A DNA stretch of 64,000 nucleotides, taken from Candidatus Bathyarchaeota archaeon (GTDB taxonomy: Archaea; Thermoproteota; Bathyarchaeia; Bathyarchaeales; Bathycorpusculaceae). The stretch's first letter is position 1. Each line of letters starts with the position of its first letter. The notes under the pieces are model-generated. The model saw only the letters and a list, made by a program, of their open reading frames with translations, was not told where the DNA came from and ran no database searches. Location of the stretch: positions 352,001 through 416,000 of the forward strand of contig CAWHVC010000003.1 of NCBI GenBank assembly GCA_963832745.1. The letters are read 5' to 3'. Both the position numbers and the translations under genes were made by a program. Shown one piece after another: positions 20,190-30,396 of this stretch.

Positions 20190-21026
20190 ATGGTAGAAAA
20201 TGGGGCTCAAGATGAAAAACCGTTTGAGCAGCAATCCTTGAAGGATTCACAGGATCAGGGCCTTGGGTTTTACAGCAGCATTTTTTCTGCAAAAACACCG
20301 ATTGAAGGTCAAGACGGCGGAGTAGCCACGTCACTTTTGATTAAAGGACTTAATGAAGACAGGTTCGACGCAGTCATAGTTGTGAAACGTACTCAAGGAT
20401 ATAACGCTCAAGCCATAGCTACCGAGAATCTTGGTGAAGTTCTTGCGGCGAAAGGAACAAAGTATCTTAAAATCAACGTTTTGCCCCAACTTCGAGAGCT
20501 TGCAGCGCAAGGTAAAAAAAGAATTGCTCTCACCTGTACGCCTTGCCAAGCCAGAGCAGCCAGAAAAGTCATGCAAAGTCTAAAGCAACAGTTTCCAGAC
20601 TTGGAAATTACCGTTATTGGGCTTTTTTGTTTTGAAGCTTTCAACACTGCCAAGTTAAAGGAGATAGTTAAACGGGTTTTAAACGTTGATTTGGATAGGG
20701 CTGAACGGACACAAATCCGTAAAGGCAAATTTTACGTGCATGTTGATGGACAAGAGTTTAGCTGTAAAATCCGTGAGCTTGACCAAGCGGTTGAGAAGGG
20801 ATGTCGTTTTTGTGGAGATTTTACGGCAATGTTTGCTGACATTTCTGTTGGTTCGATTGGCAGTCCACAGGGTTTTTCAACCGTTATTGTGCGGACGGTT
20901 AATGGTGAGGAGTTGCTCAAAGGATTGGATGCAGTTAGGACCAGTGCAGATAGCAGTGAAATCGTAAAACTTTCAAAATTTAAGGCTGAAAGAGCCCAAA
21001 AAAGCTGTTTGGAATTGAAAAGTTAA
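20190..21026 (+). CDS. FrhB/FdhB-family F420-binding subunit
   Basis: QDGGVAT, AAKGTKY, TPCQ, IGLFCFE and CRFCGDFTAMFADISVG. Confidence 0.88.
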   Translation: MVENGAQDEKPFEQQSLKDSQDQGLGFYSSIFSAKTPIEGQDGGVATSLLIKGLNEDRFDAVIVVKRTQGYNAQAIATENLGEVLAAKGTKYLKINVLPQLRELAAQGKKRIALTCTPCQARAARKVMQSLKQQFPDLEITVIGLFCFEAFNTAKLKEIVKRVLNVDLDRAERTQIRKGKFYVHVDGQEFSCKIRELDQAVEKGCRFCGDFTAMFADISVGSIGSPQGFSTVIVRTVNGEELLKGLDAVRTSADSSEIVKLSKFKAERAQKSCLELKS

Positions 21027-21144
21027 AAATAACAACCGTTAACTTTGCAGTTTTTTATAAAAAGCGTCAAATCTCGGTAGGGAGCGGCTAACACAAAAGT
21101 TTTTTAACCCTAACTTCTCCCTCTCTTACCAAAGAGGAATCTCC

Positions 21145-21873
21145 ATGAAAATACTAAATGAGTTTGTTCCCACACGCAAATTCCTAAAGCTTGCTGATGA
21201 ACTAAAAGATTTAGTTGATGGATGGAACGTTACCGACAGCGCGGCTGGTTTTCCGGCTCCAAGCGGTGTTGTTGTAAGCTGCCTCCTCAAAAACAAGTAC
21301 CCTGAAAAATATGTCTGTCCAATCTTCATTCTACACTATAAAGGACCAGTAGAAGTAGGTGGATTAGCCTTAGCTTCAGATGTTATTGGTCTTGACGGTT
21401 TAGCAGTAACCATGGGTGACAAGCCACACTATGGTGAACCCATAAAGATGCTTCCCTCATCAGAAGCAGCAAGAGACTTCATACGAAACGACGTTAAAAC
21501 AAAGAAACTACCACTCGGCTGTCTTTTAACTGCAAGACGCTCAATTGAAGAAACACTTCAACGCGTACGTGAACCATGGGACTTCGTATACTTCATGAGG
21601 CTAAACGATGATTCACTTGAAGCACTCAAAGCAGTATCAGCAGAATGCAAGAAACTCAACAAGCCACTGTTCGCATACTTCTTAGTAGGCACAGAAAAGA
21701 ACAAAGAAATCGTCAAAATAATCGGTTGGCCAGTAACAGCCACAATGGAACAAGTTGAAGAGAAAGCAGCAAAACTCGTCGGTCTTGTTGACGGCATCAT
21801 CGCAACATGCGCTGGTGACGCTGAGGGCGACAAATTAATGCTCCAGAAACTTCAAAAGTTCCGCACACAATAA
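21145..21873 (+). CDS. Short MetF-like (methylene-tetrahydrofolate reductase-like) TIM-barrel protein
   Basis: NVTDSAAG-x-P and TMGDKP resemble the short archaeal MTHFR-like proteins. Confidence 0.55.
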   Translation: MKILNEFVPTRKFLKLADELKDLVDGWNVTDSAAGFPAPSGVVVSCLLKNKYPEKYVCPIFILHYKGPVEVGGLALASDVIGLDGLAVTMGDKPHYGEPIKMLPSSEAARDFIRNDVKTKKLPLGCLLTARRSIEETLQRVREPWDFVYFMRLNDDSLEALKAVSAECKKLNKPLFAYFLVGTEKNKEIVKIIGWPVTATMEQVEEKAAKLVGLVDGIIATCAGDAEGDKLMLQKLQKFRTQ

Positions 21874-21882
21874 ACCCGTTTT

Positions 21883-21910
21883 GAGACGTATTTCGTCTCC
21901 TTTTCTTTTC
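21883..21910 (+). terminator. Hairpin plus T-tract terminator
   Basis: GAGACG-TATTT-CGTCTC followed by CTTTTCTTTT, just after the stop at 21873. Confidence 0.5.
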
Positions 21911-22014
21911 TGAATCAAGACATTTTTTATAGTTCGTGTTTTCTTATGCGTGACGAGATAGACTTAAGTTGTTGTTATAATTTAGCAAGGTAAACAACTT
22001 AGGTAAGTTTACTG

Positions 22015-22776
22015 ATGAACACTGTCCAAGTTATTTCTGTAGAAGGCTTGCCTTTAAGCAAAAAAGGCGACAACATCGGACAATTAATTGTTGAGGCAGC
22101 AAAAAAGCAGGGCACACCGCTTCAAGAAAGAGACGTCATAGTTGTTACTCACGTGTTTGTTTCTAAAGCTGAAGGAAACATTGTCAACCTTGACACTGTA
22201 AAGCCTTCGGATAGGGCGCTTGAAATCGCAAGAAAAACAAACAAGGACCCCGCCTTAGTGGAAGTTATACTTCAAGAAACAAAAGAAATCGTTAGATTAG
22301 GCCCCAACAGCATAATTGCGGAAACCAGAAGCGGAACCATAAGCGCCAACGCGGGAGTTGACCGTTCAAACGTTTTAGGAGAAAGAAACGTTGTTCCATT
22401 ACCTAAAGACCCTAACCTGTCAGCTAGAAACATCCGGGCAGAGATTAAACGTTTAACAGGGGTCGAAGTAGCAGTTATTGTTTCAGACACACATGGTAGA
22501 CCATTTAGGATGGGCGAAATTAATGTGGCAATTGGCGTTGCAGGAATAAAACCTATCCGAGACAGACGCGGAGAAAAAGACCTTTTTGGCTACACTTTAC
22601 GGATTAAACAAACAGCCATTGCTGACGAGCTAGCTTCAGCAGCGGAACTTGTAATTGGGCAAGCCAACGAAGGCATCCCAGCGGCAATCATTCGTGGCTA
22701 CACGGTATATCAAGTCGCTGAAGACGTGTCAGCAATCGAGTTAACAAGACCTAAAGAGAAAGACATGTTTCGGTAA
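22015..22776 (+). CDS. cofE: Coenzyme F420-0:L-glutamate ligase
   Basis: VSKAEG, ANAGVDRSN, DTHGRPFR and ADELASAA. Confidence 0.93.
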   Translation: MNTVQVISVEGLPLSKKGDNIGQLIVEAAKKQGTPLQERDVIVVTHVFVSKAEGNIVNLDTVKPSDRALEIARKTNKDPALVEVILQETKEIVRLGPNSIIAETRSGTISANAGVDRSNVLGERNVVPLPKDPNLSARNIRAEIKRLTGVEVAVIVSDTHGRPFRMGEINVAIGVAGIKPIRDRRGEKDLFGYTLRIKQTAIADELASAAELVIGQANEGIPAAIIRGYTVYQVAEDVSAIELTRPKEKDMFR

Positions 22777-22837
22777 AAATACAATACATTCAAAAACAGT
22801 AAACAGAGAGATATTCAAGTTATTGAGGAAACAAATT

Positions 22838-23167
22838 ATGGAGTCGAAAACACCCCAAGAGTTTTTTGAAACCGCATTACCAGCCCGATTTAACCCAGAA
22901 AAAGCCAAAGGCATAGACGTTATAGTACAAATAAACTTGACAGGCAACACTCCCAGCGATTGGGTGATAACTATTAAGGACCAAAAAATCCAGTCACGTC
23001 AAGGAACAATTCAGGAGCCGACATTGACTTTAAGAACGTCCAATAATGATTTTCTGGATTTAGTAAACGGCAAAATGAGCGCAGAAAAAGCGTTTTTTAG
23101 CGGCAAAGTCAACTTTAAAGGTGACATTACCACCGCCTTAAAATTAAAAGATGCAGGCTTCCTTTAA
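22838..23167 (+). CDS. SCP2 sterol/lipid-binding domain protein
   Basis: C-terminal SCP2 motif AFFSGKVNFKGDITTALKL. Confidence 0.85.
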   Translation: MESKTPQEFFETALPARFNPEKAKGIDVIVQINLTGNTPSDWVITIKDQKIQSRQGTIQEPTLTLRTSNNDFLDLVNGKMSAEKAFFSGKVNFKGDITTALKLKDAGFL

Positions 23168-23179
23168 AAACAGGGAAGT

Positions 23180-23725
23180 TTAATTCAAACCCAACTTTTT
23201 AATTACTGAAGCCGAAAGCTGTTCTTCACAGATTTTAAACGTTTCCGGTTCAGGAATCTTTACTATAACTTGCAGTTCATCAGCTGATAAATCTTCGACA
23301 AGACGCCTTATTTCAACCTTGGCTGCATCTAAATGTTCAGCAAGCATTTCAGGGGTTTTGTACAAAACGCCGGCTAAAGGACAAATCTTTTCAAGTTTAA
23401 GGTAATATTCAAGTTTTTTAGTGTTAAAGTTGATGTCCCAAGTTACTGGTCCAGCGCGGCAAGTTTCAGGTTTAACCGGATGTACTGAGCAACGCCTTGT
23501 TTCCTTGTTAAAGAGTTTGCACAGCAAATTTTCATCAACCGCTGGGTAAGAGTACGCTTCACACATAAACGGCTCTTCAACAGGAATTTTTTCTTTTTCA
23601 ATAAAGTCTCTTACGATTTTTTTGCGGTTTTCAGATAGAGGCGGCTTTGCATCTTGGCAACAAATAAACTTACATGTACCGCACACGTCAAAACTGTATG
23701 TTTTTCCATTATTGTCTTCTGTCAA
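23180..23725 (-). CDS. YkgJ/CxxCxxCC family Cys-cluster protein
   Basis: CGTCKFICC and CSVHPVKPETCRAGP. Confidence 0.85.
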   Translation of the reverse strand: MTEDNNGKTYSFDVCGTCKFICCQDAKPPLSENRKKIVRDFIEKEKIPVEEPFMCEAYSYPAVDENLLCKLFNKETRRCSVHPVKPETCRAGPVTWDINFNTKKLEYYLKLEKICPLAGVLYKTPEMLAEHLDAAKVEIRRLVEDLSADELQVIVKIPEPETFKICEEQLSASVIKKLGLN

Positions 23726-23746
23726 ACTTGTTTCGCCTGACCTTTT

Positions 23747-24943
23747 TTAGAAGTAGGGTTCATTAGTGCTTAAGCACTTAATAAGCCTTGAATACACGGT
23801 GCAGATTGCTTGATGGAAACCTGACTTTTCTGACTCTAGGTGCACGTTTTTGCGTATGACTTCTGAGAGGCTACCTTCCTCGATGCGGCGTTTAACCAGC
23901 CACAGATACTTTTGTTCATCGGGGGTGGCATATTTTTCTGCCAACCGCATGTAGCCCTGACAAGTCTGCCGAGCAGTTTTACCGTTTGAAACATTTGCAT
24001 TTAACCCATCACGAATAACAGCATCAAGGTCGTTTAGTAACATCTCGCGTGGCAACAATTCCATGTTAGAATCAAGCAGTCCTCTTAGGGCGGCTCGGAC
24101 AAAGCATGCCAGTGCCACGTCAGATTTGATACATTCTTGCTCATCCATCACGCGAACTTCAAGGGCGGAACGGTCAAAACGGAAGATAACGCCACGCGAG
24201 TTAACCCATTCACGGTGCAACAGGGTTTTTGAAGCACCAGCAGCAGCCAAATCTTGTGAGTACCTTTCAATGACGTCATGTTTGTATTGGCTAAGTGTTG
24301 AAACATATTCGGGGATGACTCCGCCAGTTACCGTTGGAACTTCACGTTGATTAACCTTATAAAATTGTAAACGGTTATCGATGTCTGGGCCTTCTTTGCC
24401 TTCAAAAATCGGCGACGACGCTGCAACAGCAGGCAAATACGCGCACATATTTACGAGAAGGTTATGCATTTTCACAGCGTCGGCTTCTTTTTGATAGGGC
24501 AAGTTTAGGTGAAAGCTTTGAATGTTTAGCCAACCGTGTTGTTTAAGGTTGAAGATTTTTCCGTATTCCTGGTAGATTTTGCGGTGATAATGTGGCCAGA
24601 TGGCTGTATCTTCTAGGTTAAGTAGGGGATGCATTCCTGTGCCCAGCAAGCATGCATTATGACTGGATAGTATACCGTTGAGGACTGTTACGGCGTTTTG
24701 CATGGTTTCTTCAAAATGAAGGGGCGATTGGAAGGGCGTGTTGGCTTTAATTTCCATAACATGCAGCTGCATTTCTTTGCCAAAAGTGAATTGTGGCATT
24801 TCGATAAAGTTGATTATTTTTCCGCAGTACTGTTTTATGATTTTGTCGCTGATTGGCAGGGCTTGCAGGTTATGGTTTACTATTGAGTATTCATGTTCAG
24901 GTCCAAGGACTTCAAGGGGTTTGTACGTGAATTTTCCTCTCAA
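23747..24943 (-). CDS. Glutamate-cysteine ligase family 2 (GCS2) protein
   Basis: GPEHEY, HVMEIK, GTGMHP, SFHLN, ASSP and EVRVMD. Confidence 0.85.
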   Translation of the reverse strand: MRGKFTYKPLEVLGPEHEYSIVNHNLQALPISDKIIKQYCGKIINFIEMPQFTFGKEMQLHVMEIKANTPFQSPLHFEETMQNAVTVLNGILSSHNACLLGTGMHPLLNLEDTAIWPHYHRKIYQEYGKIFNLKQHGWLNIQSFHLNLPYQKEADAVKMHNLLVNMCAYLPAVAASSPIFEGKEGPDIDNRLQFYKVNQREVPTVTGGVIPEYVSTLSQYKHDVIERYSQDLAAAGASKTLLHREWVNSRGVIFRFDRSALEVRVMDEQECIKSDVALACFVRAALRGLLDSNMELLPREMLLNDLDAVIRDGLNANVSNGKTARQTCQGYMRLAEKYATPDEQKYLWLVKRRIEEGSLSEVIRKNVHLESEKSGFHQAICTVYSRLIKCLSTNEPYF

Positions 24944-25086
24944 GGATGCTTTGTTATAGTGTGGTGTGTGAAGGCTTTTTTAAACTTGTCTTGGATGGCA
25001 AAATATTATTTTGTTCATTAAAAATATTCAATTTTTATATGGAGATAATCTACATTCCCCAAACGGTGGATAGGTAATCTTAAATA

Positions 25087-25824
25087 TTGCTACAATACGC
25101 CTTCTCTGTATATACTGGTGTCCTATGGGTGTTGGTCGTCTCTAGCATCAACCTAACAGACGGGTTGAAAACAGTGAGGCCCTCAGAGTTCCTTGATTCC
25201 TCCTCTAAAGGTTTCACCGTCAACATCAACAACGAATATCGCTACTTAAAAACGGGATATTATGTTTCTTTGCACGCGGAAGTTTTAGGAAATCAAGTTA
25301 TTCCGTCAAGCAAAAACATTATTGACACAAGCAGAACCCCAATCCTGCTACTCAGAGCAGCACGAGCAGGCATACCTACATTACCGTTTGTTGTAACGGA
25401 TTGCGTGAAAAAAATTATTTCTGAAGTTGGATTGCCAACGGTTATTTTTGCCGTTAACCCGTTTATTTATGAAGGTTTTGAAGTGGCAAAAAACAAAAGC
25501 GGCTTGTATCGTGCAATGAAAAGTTTAGGCATGAATTACAAGTTTGACGTTTGCGCTATGCCGCTTAAAGGCCAAATGGTTTCAGTGAAATCGTTCTTCG
25601 GAAAATGTCTAGACGATGACTCTGAAGTCTGTAGTATCGCAGAAAAAGTGTACACGTTTTTCAAAATTCCCATATGTAAACTGCACATTCAAAAAGTGGA
25701 TGGCAAAGCGTACCTTAATGGTTTACAACCAGTAAAACAAAAAGAGTTAGCCTCAAATGATTTAGAAATGATCTCAAAAGAGATTATGCTGTTTTCACAG
25801 CAAGGTGAACACGTCAGTGTCTAG
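25087..25824 (+). CDS. RimK-like ATP-grasp N-terminal (RLAN) domain protein
   Basis: RLAN motif YRYLKTGYYVSLHAEVLG. Start codon uncertain. Confidence 0.75.
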   Translation: MLQYAFSVYTGVLWVLVVSSINLTDGLKTVRPSEFLDSSSKGFTVNINNEYRYLKTGYYVSLHAEVLGNQVIPSSKNIIDTSRTPILLLRAARAGIPTLPFVVTDCVKKIISEVGLPTVIFAVNPFIYEGFEVAKNKSGLYRAMKSLGMNYKFDVCAMPLKGQMVSVKSFFGKCLDDDSEVCSIAEKVYTFFKIPICKLHIQKVDGKAYLNGLQPVKQKELASNDLEMISKEIMLFSQQGEHVSV

Positions 25825-26695
25825 GATCGCATGCTTTGTAGAAAAATATAATTTCTCTGACCCAAGAGAACAAGGAGCCCTTCAAAACTTTAAAACCGCT
25901 GCAGAACAAACAGGAAACCAATTCAGTTTCCTTTTCCGGGAAGACATAGCTGAAATCCCAAAATACAACGCCATTTTCATCCGAGCAACAACAGACCCCC
26001 TATTTACCTCCTACATCGTCTCAAAAACCGCCCAAGAACTGGGCTTAAAAGTCATCGACGACCCGGACTCAATCCAGATTTGCGCAAACAAAATTCATCA
26101 ATACGAACTCTTCGAAAAATACGATGTACCACGCATCCCAACAATGTTCCTAAACAAAGACGAGTTGCACCACAAACGCATAACCGAAATCTTTGACACC
26201 TTAGGCAAACCCGTCGTTATCAAAGCGCCTTACACAAGCTTTTCAAAATACGTCGAAAAAGTTGCGTGCGAAACAAGCTTCCGTGATGTCGCAAAACGGT
26301 TCTTCAAAAAATCTGACGTGTTAGCGATTCAAAAGTTTACGCCTACATCGTTTGACTGGAGAGTCGGCGTTTTGGGCGATGAAGTTTTGTATGTTTGCAA
26401 GTACATGATTCCGAAAGGTAAATGGAAACATGGCGCAAAACTGCGTGGTAAACCAACGGTGGTTTGGGGTAGAACTGAAGCGTTAGATAGGCAGACTGCT
26501 CCCCCGCGGTTGCTTGAAGTTGCTTTGAAAGCCTGTAGTGTCGTCGGTAAAGGTCTTTACGGTGTAGACTTGAAGGAGGTTAACGGTGACTACGTGGTTG
26601 TAGAGGTTAATGATAATCCAAGCATTTACGCGGGCTACGAAGACTCGGTTGACAAAGACATTTACAAAAAAATTATCAGCTACTTAGCACAGTAG
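25805..26695 (+). CDS. RimK-family ATP-grasp peptide ligase
   Basis: FIRATT, PVVIKAP, FDWRVGVL, GLYGVDLK and EVNDNP. Confidence 0.9.
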   Translation: MNTSVSRIACFVEKYNFSDPREQGALQNFKTAAEQTGNQFSFLFREDIAEIPKYNAIFIRATTDPLFTSYIVSKTAQELGLKVIDDPDSIQICANKIHQYELFEKYDVPRIPTMFLNKDELHHKRITEIFDTLGKPVVIKAPYTSFSKYVEKVACETSFRDVAKRFFKKSDVLAIQKFTPTSFDWRVGVLGDEVLYVCKYMIPKGKWKHGAKLRGKPTVVWGRTEALDRQTAPPRLLEVALKACSVVGKGLYGVDLKEVNGDYVVVEVNDNPSIYAGYEDSVDKDIYKKIISYLAQ

Positions 26696-26764
26696 CCCCA
26701 ACTTTCTTTCGCTACCTATTTATTCTGATTTTGTTCTAGCATGCAGTGTTAGGAGACGATATAT

Positions 26765-27727
26765 GTGCCTAAAGTTGATCACAAGATTCCAGTGAAAGAT
26801 TACGATTTTAACAAAGACTTAACAGTTGACGAACTCGTGGGGCAAATGGATGCTGCGTGGGGTTTCACGGCAGGCAAACTTGCAACAGGCGTCAACATAA
26901 TGGAAGACATGATAAACAGCAAGGGCTGTGTCAAGTTTCTCTCGTTCCCAGCAGATATTTGCGCAACGGGTACCCGCGGGGTCATAAAAGAAATGGTAAA
27001 ACGTAAAATGTGCGACATCATAATCACCACCTGCGGTACACTCGACCATGACGTTGCTCGATGCTACAAAGACTACTACAAGGGCAGTTTTATAATGAAT
27101 GACACTAAACTCCATCAAGAGGGAGTTAACCGTTTAGGCAACGTGCTAGTACCAAACGACAGTTACGGCACAGTTATCGAAAAACAAATCATAGGCATGC
27201 TCGAAACCCTCTATAAAGAAGGCAAAAAAGAATTCAGCACAACAGAACTTTGCCGCGAAATTGGCCTGCGCTGCTGCAACGAAAGCTCAATTCTTTATTG
27301 GGCAGCCAAAAACAACATTCCCGTATTTGTACCCGGCATAACTGATGGTTCTGTGGGTTACCAGCTTTGGTTCTTTAGCCAGGACCACAAAGACTTCCGC
27401 ATCAACCTGCTAAAAGATGAAGATGACCTAAACAACATCGTATTTGATGCCAAAAAATCCGGCGCGCTTATCGTTGGCGGAGGCATCAGCAAGCACCACA
27501 CGATTTGGTGGAACCAATTCAAAGACGGCTTAGACTACGTAGTTTACATCAGCACAGCAGATGAGTGGGATGGAAGCTTAAGCGGCGCACGACCACGCGA
27601 AGCTGTTTCATGGGGGAAAATCAGTGAAAAAGCTGAACGTATCATGATTGAAGGCGACGCCACATTGGTAATGCCCATAATGATGAGCTCACTGGTGACA
27701 AGGCTAAACAAGAAAACAAAAGCCTAA
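26765..27727 (+). CDS. dys: Deoxyhypusine synthase (canonical archaeal type)
   Basis: NRLGNV, GGGISKH and DGSLSGARPREAVSWGK. Confidence 0.92.
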   Translation: MPKVDHKIPVKDYDFNKDLTVDELVGQMDAAWGFTAGKLATGVNIMEDMINSKGCVKFLSFPADICATGTRGVIKEMVKRKMCDIIITTCGTLDHDVARCYKDYYKGSFIMNDTKLHQEGVNRLGNVLVPNDSYGTVIEKQIIGMLETLYKEGKKEFSTTELCREIGLRCCNESSILYWAAKNNIPVFVPGITDGSVGYQLWFFSQDHKDFRINLLKDEDDLNNIVFDAKKSGALIVGGGISKHHTIWWNQFKDGLDYVVYISTADEWDGSLSGARPREAVSWGKISEKAERIMIEGDATLVMPIMMSSLVTRLNKKTKA

Positions 27728-27817
27728 ACTCATCAGCTTTTCTCTTTTTAATAATTAATCAAGCAGAAAATTATAATTTTAAAAAAATCCAAAAATAAAA
27801 CAAAAGGAAAAAGCCGT

Positions 27818-28903
27818 TTAGGCTTTTGGCATGTCTTTGAAGATCCAGCTCATGTCTGGGCCGTTGCGTTTTTCTGGAACACGTTCGGATAATGCGTGGC
27901 AAATCAGTGGCAATGCGATGGTTGCGTCACAGTAACAGACTGCGCGTGTACCGGTTTGGCTGTTGATTTTGCCCCAGCTGATTGCTTCCTCTAAGGTGCA
28001 GCCGCTTAAGCCGCCCCATTGTGGAGAGTCAGTTGTGATTTGAATCGCGTACTTGTGTGGGTAATAGTATTCTTGTAAGCTCTTGCGTAAGCCGCCTTGT
28101 CTGCCTTGGACACCCTTGTCCTCAGTCATTGGGCTGACACTGATGGCGATGAGTTGTGTTAAATCTTTGGGGACGCCGCCGCCGATGTATACTACTCCGA
28201 CATCTTTGGTTCTAGTGCCAATCTGGACGAATTGGTCAAACTCTTTAACAGAGTCAATATGGACGTTGTGGCCTTGGTTCTTGGCGAGCAGGAAGGTTTC
28301 GCCGTAGGCGCTGTCAACCATAGCTGGGCTAAAGATTGGCACGCCGTGTTTTGCTGCAACAGCGCTGATTGCTGGAATGTTTTTGTTTCCAAGATAGTTA
28401 CCTAAGCCGTGGAGGAATTCTGCTGAAGTATAATAATAGTCTTCTTTGCAGGTCATGACATAGTCGGTTACGACTTCTTCCATTTTACGATAATCAGTTT
28501 CTTTGCCGTAAACGTCATAATACCTGTTAACGTCGTCTTTTAGGAGTTGTTCGTCGTTTGCCATGTGGCTGCCTTGATAGTAGCCAAAACCCATAGCATC
28601 AACGATGTCTTCGCTGACGTTTGCGCCGGTGGAGACAAGGACGTCGATGAATCGGTTTTCGATAAGCCAGTTAATTATTGTCCATTGACCTGCTGTGCTC
28701 ATTGAGCCTGCAAAGCCCATTGCAATTACTGTGTCTTTTTCTTTTATCATGTTTTCCCATACATCAACGGCTTCGCCGAGTTTGCGGCCTTGATAAGCGG
28801 TTCTACCCATTTCTTTTAGAAGCTGTGAAATTGGCTTTTGTTTTGTGACTTTGATTGGTTCAAGTTTCTTTTGGAAGTATGAATCACTCATTAACTTTTG
28901 CAC
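27818..28903 (-). CDS. Deoxyhypusine synthase-like paralogue (possible homospermidine synthase)
   Basis: STGAN, GGGVPKD, WGGLSGCTLEEAISWGK and DATIALP. Confidence 0.85.
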   Translation of the reverse strand: MQKLMSDSYFQKKLEPIKVTKQKPISQLLKEMGRTAYQGRKLGEAVDVWENMIKEKDTVIAMGFAGSMSTAGQWTIINWLIENRFIDVLVSTGANVSEDIVDAMGFGYYQGSHMANDEQLLKDDVNRYYDVYGKETDYRKMEEVVTDYVMTCKEDYYYTSAEFLHGLGNYLGNKNIPAISAVAAKHGVPIFSPAMVDSAYGETFLLAKNQGHNVHIDSVKEFDQFVQIGTRTKDVGVVYIGGGVPKDLTQLIAISVSPMTEDKGVQGRQGGLRKSLQEYYYPHKYAIQITTDSPQWGGLSGCTLEEAISWGKINSQTGTRAVCYCDATIALPLICHALSERVPEKRNGPDMSWIFKDMPKA

Positions 28904-29139
28904 CGATGTTTTACATTATACGCCTAATATTTGAAATTTGTCTTTTAGAAAAACAAGCCATTACGTGAAAGCTAACCACTAAAAAGCTTAGACGAGGGCA
29001 AACCTAAGTGAAAGCGCTTAAAGCATATGCCTAAACACGGAAAGAGGTTAAATTAACCGTTTTCTGCGGGCTTTTAGTGACAAAATGCTTGCGGCGGTAA
29101 AGGAAGGAAATAGAAAAATCAACAAAATATCTGGTCCAA

Positions 29140-30122
29140 ATTCAGGTATTGCCCCATATAGTTGGGTCAGGCGTGCCGTAACCTAATGGTGTATATTCCT
29201 GGTTTGCACGGAAGGTGGTGTGAAAATTGCCGCTGGGGCGCCTGCAAATACATAGATTTTATCTTTTACAACAGCAGCGGTTGCGCCTAGCCGAGGGGTA
29301 GGCATTGGTGCACCTATCGTCCAATTATTTGTCAATTGGATCATAAACAGAAACCGTGTCAAAACTTCGAAAAACCATTAATGATTCCACCTATTACATA
29401 AATTCGTTTAGGCGCCATCACACCAGTTGTCGCAGCACACGCAGAAATAGAGATTTGTGAGGGTGAAGGCGCGCCTAAAGTCCAAGTGTCATGTTTTAGG
29501 ATTATATATTTGGGTTTGAGTATGGGGAAACTGGCCAGACGCCATTACCGCCTATAATGTATATTTTATCATTAAAAGTAGCTGAGGCATAGCCCTGTTA
29601 CTGGGTAAGGGAGGGGTGATTTAGTTGTCCACAGTTTGAATCTATATCGTATAGCTTAGTTCACGTTATCACTGAACAAAAAGATTTTGCCGTCGACAGC
29701 ATTGGCATTTATACTCCAGCTTAAATGCCAGTGGAAGAAAGGATTTTAGAGTTTGCCAAGTATCGGTTAAGGGTCATAAACTTGGTTTTCCGCTTGCTCG
29801 CATGACCGTCAACTGCCCCACCCAAAACATATATCTTGCTTTGGTAGGCAGCCATTGCAAAGGATATTCTTGGAGTTGGCATAGGTGTTTTATTTGTGTC
29901 CAACTGTCGTGGCTGGATTGTATTCAAAGTTACTTGAGTTCCCCATGAGGTAGATTTTATCATTTACAGCGATAGCTCTATTAGGCCGAATTCAGTATGA
30001 GGAATTTTTGCTTTTGTTGTCCAAGTGTTTTCGGTTTCAAAGGCAGAAACAGTTACCACTGATGAAAAAGAGATGGTTATAACCAGTAGAGCAATAACCC
30101 AAATCTTGTGCAGAGTTTGCAT
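29140..30122 (-). pseudogene. Degraded secreted Kelch-repeat protein
   Basis: ATG 30122 gives a signal peptide plus ENTWTTKAK. Fragments TPMPTPR...KIYVLGG and GAPMPTPRLG...KIYVFAG lie in different frames, with many stops. Confidence 0.7.
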
Positions 30123-30396
30123 TCAATCCCTTAGTCTTTGGTTTTAGGCAGCATAAATTAGGGTTTCCGTCAAGAAACTTTGACTAAAAATAAAGCCAAG
30201 TCAAACTTTTTTAGCTGGAATCGGCGATGACTTACCTGTCCCTAAATTTTATTTTTCACCTGATTTTGCTTCAATAAACAGGGCAAATTCTAAAATACCA
30301 CGTTTAGCAACCCAACTTTCAGAGAGAGGGTGAAAGGTTACGTTAAGTCATGTTAAAGTTGAAGTTAAACCAGTCCACAGTTTTGTCCGTTACTTT

